NCBI RefSeq assembly: GCF_014280175.1
Contig: NZ_CP047931.1
Coordinates: 1,800,001 to 1,832,000, forward strand
Length of the DNA: 32,000 nucleotides
From: Synechococcus sp. A15-28
Lineage (GTDB): Bacteria; Cyanobacteriota; Cyanobacteriia; PCC-6307; Cyanobiaceae
Direction: 5' to 3'
Every line of letters starts with the position of its first letter. The first letter of the stretch is position 1. The translations under genes were made by a program, and so were the position numbers. Below, in pieces: positions 1 to 10,723 of this stretch. Below the pieces are notes generated by a model, which had not been told where the DNA came from, searched no databases, and was given only the letters and a program-made list of their open reading frames with translations.

Positions 1-71
1 AGTGACCTACTGGGCCAAAAAGGGAAGCAAAACAACAAGGTACTCTGAGATATCTTCTTGATAATTGAGGC

Positions 72-305
72 TCATTCATCAAACCATCCCATCCAGGTAT
101 CCTGAGTAAAGTCAGTGTGCTTGCTCCACCTTCTTAATATAGTCAAGGAATCAAATTCATATCCCTTAGATGCAGCGATTGCGATCACATCATCTTGATT
201 GAGAGCTGCCTTAATTTCAGCTTTGAGATCAGGATCCTGACGAACCATTGTAATGAATGATTCCAAAGATAAATCTTGCTTTACGTTAGAGGAGGAATCC
301 GTCAT
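72..305 (-). CDS. Small Nif11-domain-like protein, no obvious Gly-Gly leader cleavage site
   Basis: Provided ORF; 'LSLESFITMVRQDPDLKAEIKAALNQDDVIAIAASKGYEFD' matches the Nif11/nitrogen-fixation-like leader pattern. Confidence 0.7.
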   Translation of the reverse strand: MTDSSSNVKQDLSLESFITMVRQDPDLKAEIKAALNQDDVIAIAASKGYEFDSLTILRRWSKHTDFTQDTWMGWFDE

Positions 306-342
306 ACCAGAGACTGCTCAATAGAGGTAATCTCATTGTAGA

Positions 343-624
343 TCAAACTCCATCCATCAGCATGGCACGCCATAAGGCAACCTTCCGAAATGCCCAGGAC
401 CAATGCTCAACAGGTACGACAAGAATCTTTGCCAATTCTGAATCACTCAAAGTCTTACGATCCAAAGAAAGATGTAGCTGCCATTCACTTGGTGAAAAAA
501 TAAATCCCTTGGAAGCTGCATAATCAACAATATCCTGGTCAGTCTTACAAGCCTTCAAACCAGTGGCGATTGAATGGTCATACACAACCGCCTGGATAAA
601 TTCGTTAATCGGAAGAGTATTCAT
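343..624 (-). CDS. Small Nif11-domain-like protein (provided ORF extends to 633; ATG start preferred at 624)
   Basis: 'LPINEFIQAVVYDHSIATGLKACKTDQDIVDYAASKGFIFSPSEW' resembles Nif11; start lies 2 nt after the stop codon of the upstream minus-strand ORF. Confidence 0.6.
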   Translation of the reverse strand: MNTLPINEFIQAVVYDHSIATGLKACKTDQDIVDYAASKGFIFSPSEWQLHLSLDRKTLSDSELAKILVVPVEHWSWAFRKVALWRAMLMDGV

Positions 625-626
625 TC

Positions 627-947
627 TCAACAACTCTCAATCCACAAAGCAAAGTTGACCCTTGTACAAATCATTTGAAGCACCAATGGCCCCCCAGGAC
701 AACGCAGAAGTCGCCATGGAATATTCTTGTCTAGGACACCAGAATCAACGGTGATCTTTGGTGGACTTGTTGCCTGTTCGTAGGGTATCAATGCAGCACC
801 AGTTAATGCTGGTTCAATTGAATCGACGATTGTTTTCAGCTGATCGAGAGTTGTGATCTCGTTTAACTCGGATTGGACTTCCTCCCGTGCTTGAACGGCA
901 GCGACGAATTCAGAGAGCGCTTGCTCACGCTCAGGGGACACAGGCAT
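627..947 (-). CDS. Small Nif11-like protein (start probably the internal Met; provided ORF extends to 995)
   Basis: 'EQALSEFVAAVQAREEVQSELNEITTLDQLKTIVDSIEP' resembles a divergent Nif11 helix pair; tandem with the other two minus-strand ORFs. Confidence 0.45.
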   Translation of the reverse strand: MPVSPEREQALSEFVAAVQAREEVQSELNEITTLDQLKTIVDSIEPALTGAALIPYEQATSPPKITVDSGVLDKNIPWRLLRCPGGPLVLQMICTRVNFALWIESC

Positions 948-1187
948 CGTGTTGCGACGAACCGATCGAATAGTACCAAAAACAAGTCTTTTCATTTTAT
1001 TACAGCAACGGCAACCTGAGCCGTCGGAACATGGATATGGAGTAAATTTTGAAAAATTTTTTGAATCTTACAAGTGAATATTTCCATGCGCATAAACAAA
1101 TAATCCTGACGCATACGCTCTAAAATTATTCAGGAAATCGAAGACTGCCTTCATCAATCTCATCAATTCATCCGACCAAATAAAATT

Positions 1188-2384
1188 ATGGCAGAGCGTT
1201 TCGACAACTTGGTTGAAGGATTAACAGAAGATCGTGCCATGTCTGTGATTCTGGCCGACCCAGAGACATTGGATCGACCTGTCGACAAATATATGGCTGC
1301 GACGAGGTTGGGAGCTAGCGACACTGAGGAATCCCTTGATGTTCTCATTAAGGCAGCAGAATTAAGTCCGGAACATCTGTTTGACCGAATCACACGACGA
1401 AAAGCCATTGATGCTCTAGGCCGCAGAAAAAGCACTAGGGCATTACCTACTCTGTTTCGCTCACTGTCTTGCACAGATGAGGCTGCAGTCATTAACGCTG
1501 TTGACGCCATCACAAAAATTGGTGCACCACTAACAGAAAGCAATCAGGGAAGCTTGATCAAGGCACTCGATGGGGAAGATATCCAAAAGCGAGCAGTCAT
1601 CCAGGCCTTTTGCAGGCTGGAAATCAATAAGGCAGAAGAGGCAATACGCCCACTCGCGAACGATCAGAATCCGCTCGTCTGCGGTGCAGCTAAAGCATAT
1701 TTAGCAAGAGTGCACAAAGAGACCTCCGGTCTAGATGATCTGGTTCCCCAGCTGATCGATCCCATCGCTGGTCGACGCCGATCCGCCGTCATTGACCTTG
1801 GCGATGCTGGTGATGTCACAAGATTGGAGGCACTGGTTGCGGCACCTGTGTCCATGTCATTACGGGCAAGAAGCGCTTTCCAGCTCGTCGATCCCAACAA
1901 AACATGTCACGTTCCTGATGAATATTCAGAATTAATAACGCAACTTTTGCAAGACAACCCACAACATTTAAAGCTCAGACAAGAGTGGGTCTGCCCTGTT
2001 GACGCAATTGAAATCGAAAACAATCTTCAACACCGAGACGAAGCACGTCAATACGGTGGGGCTTTGAGCCTAATGAATATGGACAAACGAAGCAGAATGG
2101 AATTAATTAATGAAATTAAACAAAAATTATGGAGCGACTATGTTACTCACTATTACTTAACGTCAGTCATCAGCCTTCAAGGCTTGTCCGAAAGGAGTGA
2201 CTTGATCTGCCTAGCTCTGGCCGAAACGATCCCTCAGTACACAAAATCGAGGATTGCAGCAGCCTGGGGTTGCCTGAGATTGAGACTGACTGATCAGAAG
2301 CCCCTCCTAGAGGAGCTTTCAGTCTCAGCTAACTGGCTACCACTGAAGTGGACCTGCAGGCAGGTACTTAAACAGTTGTCATGA
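1188..2384 (+). CDS. mpeY: Phycobilin lyase, E/F clan with HEAT-like repeats, MpeY-type (alternative MpeQ allele not excluded)
   Basis: 398 aa HEAT-like repeats; '[44 protein letters not shown]'; immediately upstream of mpeBA on the same strand. Confidence 0.75.
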   Translation: MAERFDNLVEGLTEDRAMSVILADPETLDRPVDKYMAATRLGASDTEESLDVLIKAAELSPEHLFDRITRRKAIDALGRRKSTRALPTLFRSLSCTDEAAVINAVDAITKIGAPLTESNQGSLIKALDGEDIQKRAVIQAFCRLEINKAEEAIRPLANDQNPLVCGAAKAYLARVHKETSGLDDLVPQLIDPIAGRRRSAVIDLGDAGDVTRLEALVAAPVSMSLRARSAFQLVDPNKTCHVPDEYSELITQLLQDNPQHLKLRQEWVCPVDAIEIENNLQHRDEARQYGGALSLMNMDKRSRMELINEIKQKLWSDYVTHYYLTSVISLQGLSERSDLICLALAETIPQYTKSRIAAAWGCLRLRLTDQKPLLEELSVSANWLPLKWTCRQVLKQLS

Positions 2385-2516
2385 TTAGTGTCTTCCTCAG
2401 TAACAACCAGGCCAAATGATGTCGTGGTGTTACCGATTTTTCTTTTGTCAACTTGTGTGTCCTGACACGCTTGTCTGGGAGTTAGGCAAGAAAAGCAGGG
2501 TTACTGTCCATCTTGA

Positions 2517-3092
<576 letters not shown>

Positions 3093-3120
3093 GCCAGAGA
3101 TTGAATTTCTGCACATCTGA

Positions 3121-3636
<516 letters not shown>

Positions 3637-3679
3637 TTATCAGTCCTTAACGGATTGGTATTTACGACTAGTCGTCTCA

Positions 3680-3713
3680 GGGGGTGAGCAAATAGCTCAC
3701 CCCCTTTTTTTTA
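3680..3713 (+). terminator. Rho-independent terminator after mpeBA
   Basis: Perfect 10-bp stem GGGGGTGAGC / loop AAATA / GCTCACCCCC followed by a T-run. Confidence 0.9.
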
Positions 3714-4000
3714 GCAGTAGCGAGAAAACTTCCTGCGAAGGAAAGAAACTCAACGACTCGATAGCGACATTAGATCGATCGGCGCCAATCCCCCAAAAGA
3801 CAATCAGCCAGCCATAGTTAAACCTATCGCAATTATTGTCGATGATTGCTCGAGTGGTTGAATGCAGAAACTTGTAAAACCTGTTTCAAGCATTAAACCA
3901 CTAAGGATCCTCCCGCTGTTCTGTAAAGTACCGCCTCAATTCGAGAGCGATCAGAATACTTGAAGGTCTCGACATCATCAATCACCTCCAAATCCTCATC

Positions 4001-4882
4001 ATGCTCACCACACAAACTACTCCTGCAGGTATGTCTGCAGCAAATCGAACCAAATCCGCTTCGTATTCCACCTCCAGCAAAGCTGGAATGAATACTGTTG
4101 CCCGAACGGTGGCAGGTTCGATTGCAGAGTTTAAGCGGAACACTTGCTCATCTATGGGTCTCGGAATCGGCCCTCGACTCCACAGTGAGTGTCCATTCGG
4201 TTCGGTCTTTGATGAGTATCACCCCAACGATAGTGCGGCGTTGGAGCGCACAATCCGCGATAGCTATCGCCAGGTTTACGGGAACCTACCTCCAACGGAA
4301 AATGAGCGTTGCACCTCACTGGAAGCACGCCTCATGAATGGAGAAATAACGGTACGTGACTTCGTCAATGGTCTGGCCAAATCTCCTTTTTACAAAAAAA
4401 ATTACTTCCACTCAGTCGCGCCCCAGCGAGGGATCGAACTGAACTTCAAACACCTCTTAGGGCGAGCTCCACTTAATCAGGCAGAAATTCAGGCCAGCAT
4501 TAAGCTGCAGGCCGAACAGGGATTTGATGCTCTCATCGATAGCCTGACGGATGGGGCAGAATATGCCGAGGTCTTTGGTTCGGATATCGTCCCATACGTG
4601 CGGACTGCCGATTCTTATGCCGGAATGATGACGTCCTCCTTCAACATGATGAGGGAGCTTGCCAGCACCAAAGTAGCAGTTAGTGACAACGCTCAGGGAT
4701 CCCGGAGCCGCACCGTTTCACCACTCGCCTTAGCAGCGAGCAGCGCGATTAAACCTGTGACATTTAACTATGTTGCACTTACCAAGCCTGCTCCAAAGCT
4801 GCCTCAACAGCAGTACAGCGGTCATCAGCCTCCTAAGCAGACAGACTACGTCGCATTCCGCCCCTTCGGAATCCACTTCTGA
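4001..4882 (+). CDS. mpeC: Phycoerythrin class II gamma (linker) polypeptide, 293 aa
   Basis: Phycobilisome rod linker domain ('YRQVYGNLPPTENERCTSLEARLMNGEITVRDFVNGLAKSPFYKKNYF...'), N-terminal extension with Cys at residue 49 (FKRNTC) as known for the gamma subunit bilin site. Confidence 0.88.
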   Translation: MLTTQTTPAGMSAANRTKSASYSTSSKAGMNTVARTVAGSIAEFKRNTCSSMGLGIGPRLHSECPFGSVFDEYHPNDSAALERTIRDSYRQVYGNLPPTENERCTSLEARLMNGEITVRDFVNGLAKSPFYKKNYFHSVAPQRGIELNFKHLLGRAPLNQAEIQASIKLQAEQGFDALIDSLTDGAEYAEVFGSDIVPYVRTADSYAGMMTSSFNMMRELASTKVAVSDNAQGSRSRTVSPLALAASSAIKPVTFNYVALTKPAPKLPQQQYSGHQPPKQTDYVAFRPFGIHF

Positions 4883-4935
4883 CCGACCCAAAATGGTCTA
4901 ATGGTCAGAATTCAACACTCAAGTGTGTGATGACC

Positions 4936-4965
4936 AGCTCCCTTTCAAAAGGGAGCTTTTTTTTG
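4936..4965 (+). terminator. Rho-independent terminator after mpeC
   Basis: AGCTCCCTTT CA AAAGGGAGCT inverted repeat followed by a T-run. Confidence 0.85.
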
Positions 4966-5048
4966 TCCAAGAGCTCGTGGGCGAAAAAGCTTCAAGGAAT
5001 CAACAGTACAGCAACCGTAATCGATTAGATTGATATGAAGATTGTGCG

Positions 5049-5954
5049 ATGGCCACAGTGCTCCAGGATTTCTCTAATGTCTCGTCACTCAGCGACAGTC
5101 AGCTCACCGAAGAAGAAGCGCTTCAACTCGCCAACGAACTAAGTTTAAAATTAAGTGATGGCGAGAAACCAGGGTCTGATGCAGAGTCTCTCAAGAAAAT
5201 GGTTGCTGGCCTTGGTGATGCTAGAGGAGCCCTACGACTAACCTTTGCAAAAAGCCTTGGCGCAGTAGGAGACGAGGCTCTACCCATTCTTTGTGAAGCT
5301 CTTCGCCAACACCAAAATGTAGTCGTCAGAAGAGCATCAGCTAAAACACTCAATTTGATTGGAAGTAAGGAGGCTCTGCCTTATCTCCTCGAAGCTTTTT
5401 TAGAAGACAGTGATCCAGTTGTTCTCGGGTCATCTGCTGGAGCAATGGCAACGATTGGACCCGACGCCATGGACTCATTACTTGGGATCCTGAAAAATCC
5501 AGACTGCACACCATTTCAGGTGGGCTTGATTAATCTTGCGCTTAGTTTCATCGGCGCCAAAGCACCTGAGGCATTACTCGAGGCTGCAGAGTCAGACGTG
5601 ACTGAAGTTCGCGTGGCTGCAATTTCAGCCCTAGGAGATCAAATACAAAAGAGTGACGATCATCGTGCAAAAAATAGAGTGTTCAGAGCTTTAGATGACT
5701 GCTCACCAGACGTTAGAGCAGAAGCTGTAACACTTATCGGAAAATCATGTGATGCCGAAGATGTTGAACATATGCTGACAAGGAAACTGATCGACAAAGA
5801 CACTCAGGTACGAAAAAACACGGCGATGGCACTGATGAAGCTTGAAGCATTTAACTCTGTAGAAAGCATAGAGAAGGCAAAGTCAACAGAAGATGACGAG
5901 TCAGTTCAAGCAGTATTTGATGTCGCCATCAACATACTAAGCAGAAATTTGTGA
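5049..5954 (+). CDS. mpeU: HEAT-repeat phycobilin lyase of the E/F clan, MpeU-like
   Basis: 301 aa; 'GLGDARGALRLTFAKSLGAVGDEALPILCEALRQHQNVVVRRASAKTLNLIGSKEALPYL' HEAT repeats; directly downstream of mpeC. Confidence 0.72.
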   Translation: MATVLQDFSNVSSLSDSQLTEEEALQLANELSLKLSDGEKPGSDAESLKKMVAGLGDARGALRLTFAKSLGAVGDEALPILCEALRQHQNVVVRRASAKTLNLIGSKEALPYLLEAFLEDSDPVVLGSSAGAMATIGPDAMDSLLGILKNPDCTPFQVGLINLALSFIGAKAPEALLEAAESDVTEVRVAAISALGDQIQKSDDHRAKNRVFRALDDCSPDVRAEAVTLIGKSCDAEDVEHMLTRKLIDKDTQVRKNTAMALMKLEAFNSVESIEKAKSTEDDESVQAVFDVAINILSRNL

Positions 5955-6113
5955 GAAGTTAGGGTCAAAACAATGCACAGAAGGGCACTGAAAAATTCCA
6001 AGGATGCCTCAAATACCCCAAGTTCTCTCTTGTAAAGTTAACGGAGCATTTTGAGTGATCCTGGTAAAAAGCGGATAGATGCTGATAAAATTTGAACATG
6101 TAGGTGATCTTTT

Positions 6114-6458
6114 ATGTCGCGCGCTGAATTCATACGCTTTCTTCAGGTCCTGGAAGAAGATTTACCGTTCAGAGCTCTTTTTCAAGAAGCTGATCCCGAG
6201 GAAATCCTCAAGCTTGCCGATCAACATGGGTTTATCTTTTCGGATGAAATAAAAGGGCGTTTCCTGAATCGGTGGGCAGGTGTGTATTTCTGCCCATTCG
6301 CCAACGATGTGGGAAGGTTATGCCCAAAAATGGTACCCGAGGGATTCAGCACACTGCTGCATTATTCACAAACAACATGTACCAAAGAGGACAAAGTTGA
6401 GCGTTTTGATTTTCGCGCTGGAGGCTATTACGAAGGAGTAAAAGCAGTGACTGGATAA
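6114..6458 (+). CDS. Small Nif11-domain-like protein in the phycobilisome region
   Basis: 'MSRAEFIRFLQVLEEDLPFRALFQEADPEEILKLADQHGFIFSDEIKGRF' matches the Nif11 fold pattern; unassigned C-terminal tail of about 60 aa. Confidence 0.6.
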   Translation: MSRAEFIRFLQVLEEDLPFRALFQEADPEEILKLADQHGFIFSDEIKGRFLNRWAGVYFCPFANDVGRLCPKMVPEGFSTLLHYSQTTCTKEDKVERFDFRAGGYYEGVKAVTG

Positions 6459-6468
6459 AGAAAAGGTT

Positions 6469-7089
6469 TTAACTCCTTGAATTGAGTAGATTTTGAAGTC
6501 GCGCCAATGCAGACTGAGCTGCTTCCTGAATCAGCGGATCGTCATTATTATCTTGAAGTGCATGCAAAGCGACCTCCGCCATGGGATGCGGGATATCAGC
6601 AAGAGCCTGAGATGCACTAAAGATCAAAGCCACATTTTCACTGCTGAGGGATTTTGCTAGTAGTTTAATTGCCTCTTCAGACTTGAACTGTTGCTTACCG
6701 ATTTGACCAAGACACATCAGAGCTCCTTGTACGACTACCATATCTGTGTCATTAATCCCTTGTTCCAACATTTGCATGACTGAATCAGGAAACGGTTGAT
6801 CAGGAAAATTCTTGAACAATTGAACGAATGCTTTCGGGCAACAACGCCTTGCAGTTTGATTCTCAGTTGTTGCATAAAGTTCGATCAAAGGATCGAATGC
6901 AGAACTCCCAAAAAAACCAATTCCCTTAACTGCTGCTCTGTATACTTTGGGATCTTGATGACAGAATAGTTCCAATAACATGGGCAAGGCTTCTTCCTGA
7001 TAGTGCTCCGAAAGAATTAAACTGGCTTCTTCTTGGATCCTAGGGTTGGGATGCCTGAGATCCTCGAATAGGGAATCAATGGTAGGCAT
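6469..7089 (-). CDS. cpeZ: Phycoerythrobilin lyase subunit CpeZ, about 206 aa (provided ORF extends to 7149)
   Basis: 'MPTIDSLFEDLRHPNPRIQEEASLILSEHYQEEALPMLLELFCHQDPKVYRAAVKGIGFFG' and adjacency to cpeY. Confidence 0.88.
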   Translation of the reverse strand: MPTIDSLFEDLRHPNPRIQEEASLILSEHYQEEALPMLLELFCHQDPKVYRAAVKGIGFFGSSAFDPLIELYATTENQTARRCCPKAFVQLFKNFPDQPFPDSVMQMLEQGINDTDMVVVQGALMCLGQIGKQQFKSEEAIKLLAKSLSSENVALIFSASQALADIPHPMAEVALHALQDNNDDPLIQEAAQSALARLQNLLNSRS

Positions 7090-7181
7090 AGACTGATTAT
7101 CGCTCACAGAAAGCCTGAACTGATAATTTATTTTAGCACTGATGATCAACCGAAAACAGACGCAGACGTCTCATACATGCA

Positions 7182-8507
7182 CTATGTATATTGGAGAATC
7201 GACTGCGCTTTCCAACGAACAAAGTAATCTGGATCCGATTGAGACAAATTACTGACTACATCAAGATTTTGAGACCGGATTTGACTCAACTCGGGAGATT
7301 GAAGGAGTAGAAGCGATGTATAACGGAAATCCCAAAATGGTTGCATTACGGTAGTCAAACCATCTTTCAAGAAGTGGTCGCACTGCCCAGGAAATAAGAT
7401 AGCAAAAGACAACAACGCAGCAGATGGAGATTTCCTGAATTGTGGACGTCTATCTCGAATAGCATCCGACAGGATGTCGTGAATAGACGCAAGGGCCTCG
7501 TGACTCCAATTCCTTATGAGACCAAATAGATGCATCATGAAATAGTGCGCTCCATAGTCGTTATGGGCTTTCTTATGCCAACTGGACCAGACATGGGTCC
7601 AGACTTCATCTGGATCGCGATCCAGCAGGGTTTGCATCGACAAATAGCCGCGACTGAAATCAGGATGAAACAGACCTTCGACAAGCAGCTGAGTCGGTAG
7701 GGGGTCTCCATAGTGATGAAGCACCGTGATCAGCCTGGGGTCATCGCGAAGGACCTGGTCAACAGCCGAAAGAGCACTATTTTTCAACTGCTCACCTGAC
7801 GATCGGTCGACAAGAGCACGAACAGCTCTCATTCGAAACGCTGGTGAAATGGGTGCCTGAAGCAAACTCGACATGAGTTCAATCCCACCAGCATCGATTA
7901 CATCTTGAACTGCCGACTGACGATCCATCTGATTAGCTACGTACAAATGATCAGCCAAATCAGCGAGACGTGTCCTATCTCCTGACAAGTGAATTGTGGC
8001 CGCAATTGCAGCACCGCGCACAGAAGACTTTTCATGGTCCATTAAGGAAGTAATCGTCGGAAGTGCTGCAAAAACTGAGAGTTTAGACAAACTTTGAATT
8101 AAAACCCGTTGATTCTGTGTGGAATCATGCAACAACCGAATCAAGCGCTGATGAACGGCTTGATCTTGACAGCCTATTTGTGCCAGTGCCCAGGCAGCAT
8201 TTTCGACCATATAGATATCCGAACTATCAAGAAAACTGGCAATTTTCGCCTGAGCTTGCGTAACCCCCAGCCGGGCAAGAACTTCTACAGCTTTTCGTTG
8301 AGCAAGGAGGACAGCAGACTCAGTCGACACCCTGCCAAGAAAATTCAGCAACGCTTCATTTGCAAACTGACCAGGAAAATTGACCAAGTGCGAAACGGCC
8401 ATATAGTAGTCACTGTCGCTCTCGAGATCTTGAAAATCTGTAGCCAAGATCTCGATGGCACCAGCCTGGTCCAACTCAGGATGAATATTGTCAAACAAGC
8501 CCGACAT
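7182..8507 (-). CDS. cpeY: Phycoerythrobilin lyase subunit CpeY, 441 aa
   Basis: HEAT-repeat E/F-clan lyase; 'LAQRKAVEVLARLGVTQAQAKIASFLDSSDIYMVENAAWALAQIG...HNDYGAHYFMMHLFGLIRNW'; upstream of cpeZ on the same strand. Confidence 0.88.
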   Translation of the reverse strand: MSGLFDNIHPELDQAGAIEILATDFQDLESDSDYYMAVSHLVNFPGQFANEALLNFLGRVSTESAVLLAQRKAVEVLARLGVTQAQAKIASFLDSSDIYMVENAAWALAQIGCQDQAVHQRLIRLLHDSTQNQRVLIQSLSKLSVFAALPTITSLMDHEKSSVRGAAIAATIHLSGDRTRLADLADHLYVANQMDRQSAVQDVIDAGGIELMSSLLQAPISPAFRMRAVRALVDRSSGEQLKNSALSAVDQVLRDDPRLITVLHHYGDPLPTQLLVEGLFHPDFSRGYLSMQTLLDRDPDEVWTHVWSSWHKKAHNDYGAHYFMMHLFGLIRNWSHEALASIHDILSDAIRDRRPQFRKSPSAALLSFAILFPGQCDHFLKDGLTTVMQPFWDFRYTSLLLLQSPELSQIRSQNLDVVSNLSQSDPDYFVRWKAQSILQYT

Positions 8508-8738
8508 GAAGAAAGCCTAATATCAATTAAATTCTACACGCCTAATTATCTAACGTTCTTAAACAACAATAAGAAAAGCATTGGGCTGCTTCTCAGCATT
8601 TAGATTTAAAGTATTATCGTATTGTCTGTAAAGAGGGAAATGGGGCCATTCTCCGGTCATTTGCTCTGCGTTTCTGCTGCAATGTTGCCAGGCTCGAGAA
8701 CTTCGAAACAGAGACATATAAGTCTAGACAGTCGGTTT

Positions 8739-8996
8739 ATGAGCCAATGGATGAAAGCCGCCAAAAATTCCCATGCAGTAATCACTCAGATCAGCGCCGC
8801 TCACCTTGATTCAACAACAACAACAACAAGGAAGGGAACAACAGGACGTTCAAAAGATAAGTCGCAGACCTTAATTGGGAAAATGAGTGCTCAGTTTCCG
8901 AGCCTGACCAAAAACATGAAAACCGATGTAGACAGAACTAGTGATGAATCTAAACAAAAGGGCAAACGCCGCAGAGGTCGTCGCAAATCGTCCTAA
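8739..8996 (+). CDS. Uncharacterised small basic protein with an (RRGRRK) C-terminus
   Basis: Open frame (provided from 8622 with a TTG start); an internal ATG at 8739 gives MSQWMKAAKNSHAVITQISAAHLDS(T)6RKG...KGKRRRGRRKSS. Confidence 0.45.
   Translation: MSQWMKAAKNSHAVITQISAAHLDSTTTTTRKGTTGRSKDKSQTLIGKMSAQFPSLTKNMKTDVDRTSDESKQKGKRRRGRRKSS
8812..8829 (+). repeat. Short trinucleotide tandem repeat, (CAA)6 / (ACA)6 reading as poly-Thr
   Basis: Directly visible ttcaacaacaacaacaacaacaagg. Confidence 0.85.
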
Positions 8997-9428
8997 TCAA
9001 TTATTTGAGGAGATCTCGAAAACACCATCTTCAGGGCGATTGGACTTAAGTGCATCCCAATTAATGGCTTGCAGGAAAGCCTCTTCATCGTGTGTTTCCA
9101 CAACATCTACGCCCCAGAAACCTTCTTGGAGCGGTGCACCTGGAGCAGCCGGAGAATCTTTGCGCCCACCAAGCGCCAGTATGACGTGATCTGCACTTTG
9201 TCCAAGTTTAGACCTCAATTGCTTCCAAGACTTGACCAACTCCACTGCCATATCGTTGGGAGGCAAGTTTGAAGTCAATTCAATGATCCAATGAGGATGT
9301 TGAATGACTGTTGCAGAAATAATTGCCGAAGAATTCGAGACTATACCGTCAGCGAGAACTTGAGTTTCAAAGGGAGGGACATCTTTAGATTGAACCTGCA
9401 GGTTATGAGACAGAATAAATGTCGTCAT
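8997..9428 (-). CDS. Conserved-looking hypothetical protein of the phycobilisome region (possibly a DUF2656-like family, unverified)
   Basis: 143 aa open frame 'MTTFILSHNLQVQ...SKLGQSADHVILALGGRKDSPAAPGAPLQEGFWGVDVVETHDEEAFLQAINWD'; downstream of cpeBA on the same strand. Confidence 0.65.
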   Translation of the reverse strand: MTTFILSHNLQVQSKDVPPFETQVLADGIVSNSSAIISATVIQHPHWIIELTSNLPPNDMAVELVKSWKQLRSKLGQSADHVILALGGRKDSPAAPGAPLQEGFWGVDVVETHDEEAFLQAINWDALKSNRPEDGVFEISSNN

Positions 9429-9504
9429 TGGAAAAGACTTATCCCCTCAATCTTAACGGAACAACTACATAGCCGCGATTCAATCTCAGAAGCCTGCAGT
9501 CATC

Positions 9505-9535
9505 AAAAAAGGGGGTGCTTATCGCCCCCCCCTCT
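9505..9535 (-). terminator. Rho-independent terminator after cpeBA (minus strand)
   Basis: On the minus strand: GGGGGGCGATAAGCACCCCC followed by TTTTTT. Confidence 0.8.
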
Positions 9536-9555
9536 CTTTCACAGCCGTTACCAGT

Positions 9556-10059
<504 letters not shown>

Positions 10060-10108
10060 TTAGATAAGGGTGCTGAGAAGGAAAGAAGAAGACGAATTCA
10101 GCCGCCGA

Positions 10109-10723
<615 letters not shown>

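Noticed and set aside
72-947. RiPP/lanthipeptide biosynthetic cluster suggested by the Nif11-type leaders
   Set aside because: No GG cleavage motif with Cys/Ser/Thr-rich core, no LanM, peptidase-transporter or other tailoring enzyme in the window.
1163-1900. Minus-strand ORFs (1163..1543, 1664..1900) antisense to mpeY
   Set aside because: Composition is that of shadow frames opposite a well-supported lyase gene; no recognisable domain.
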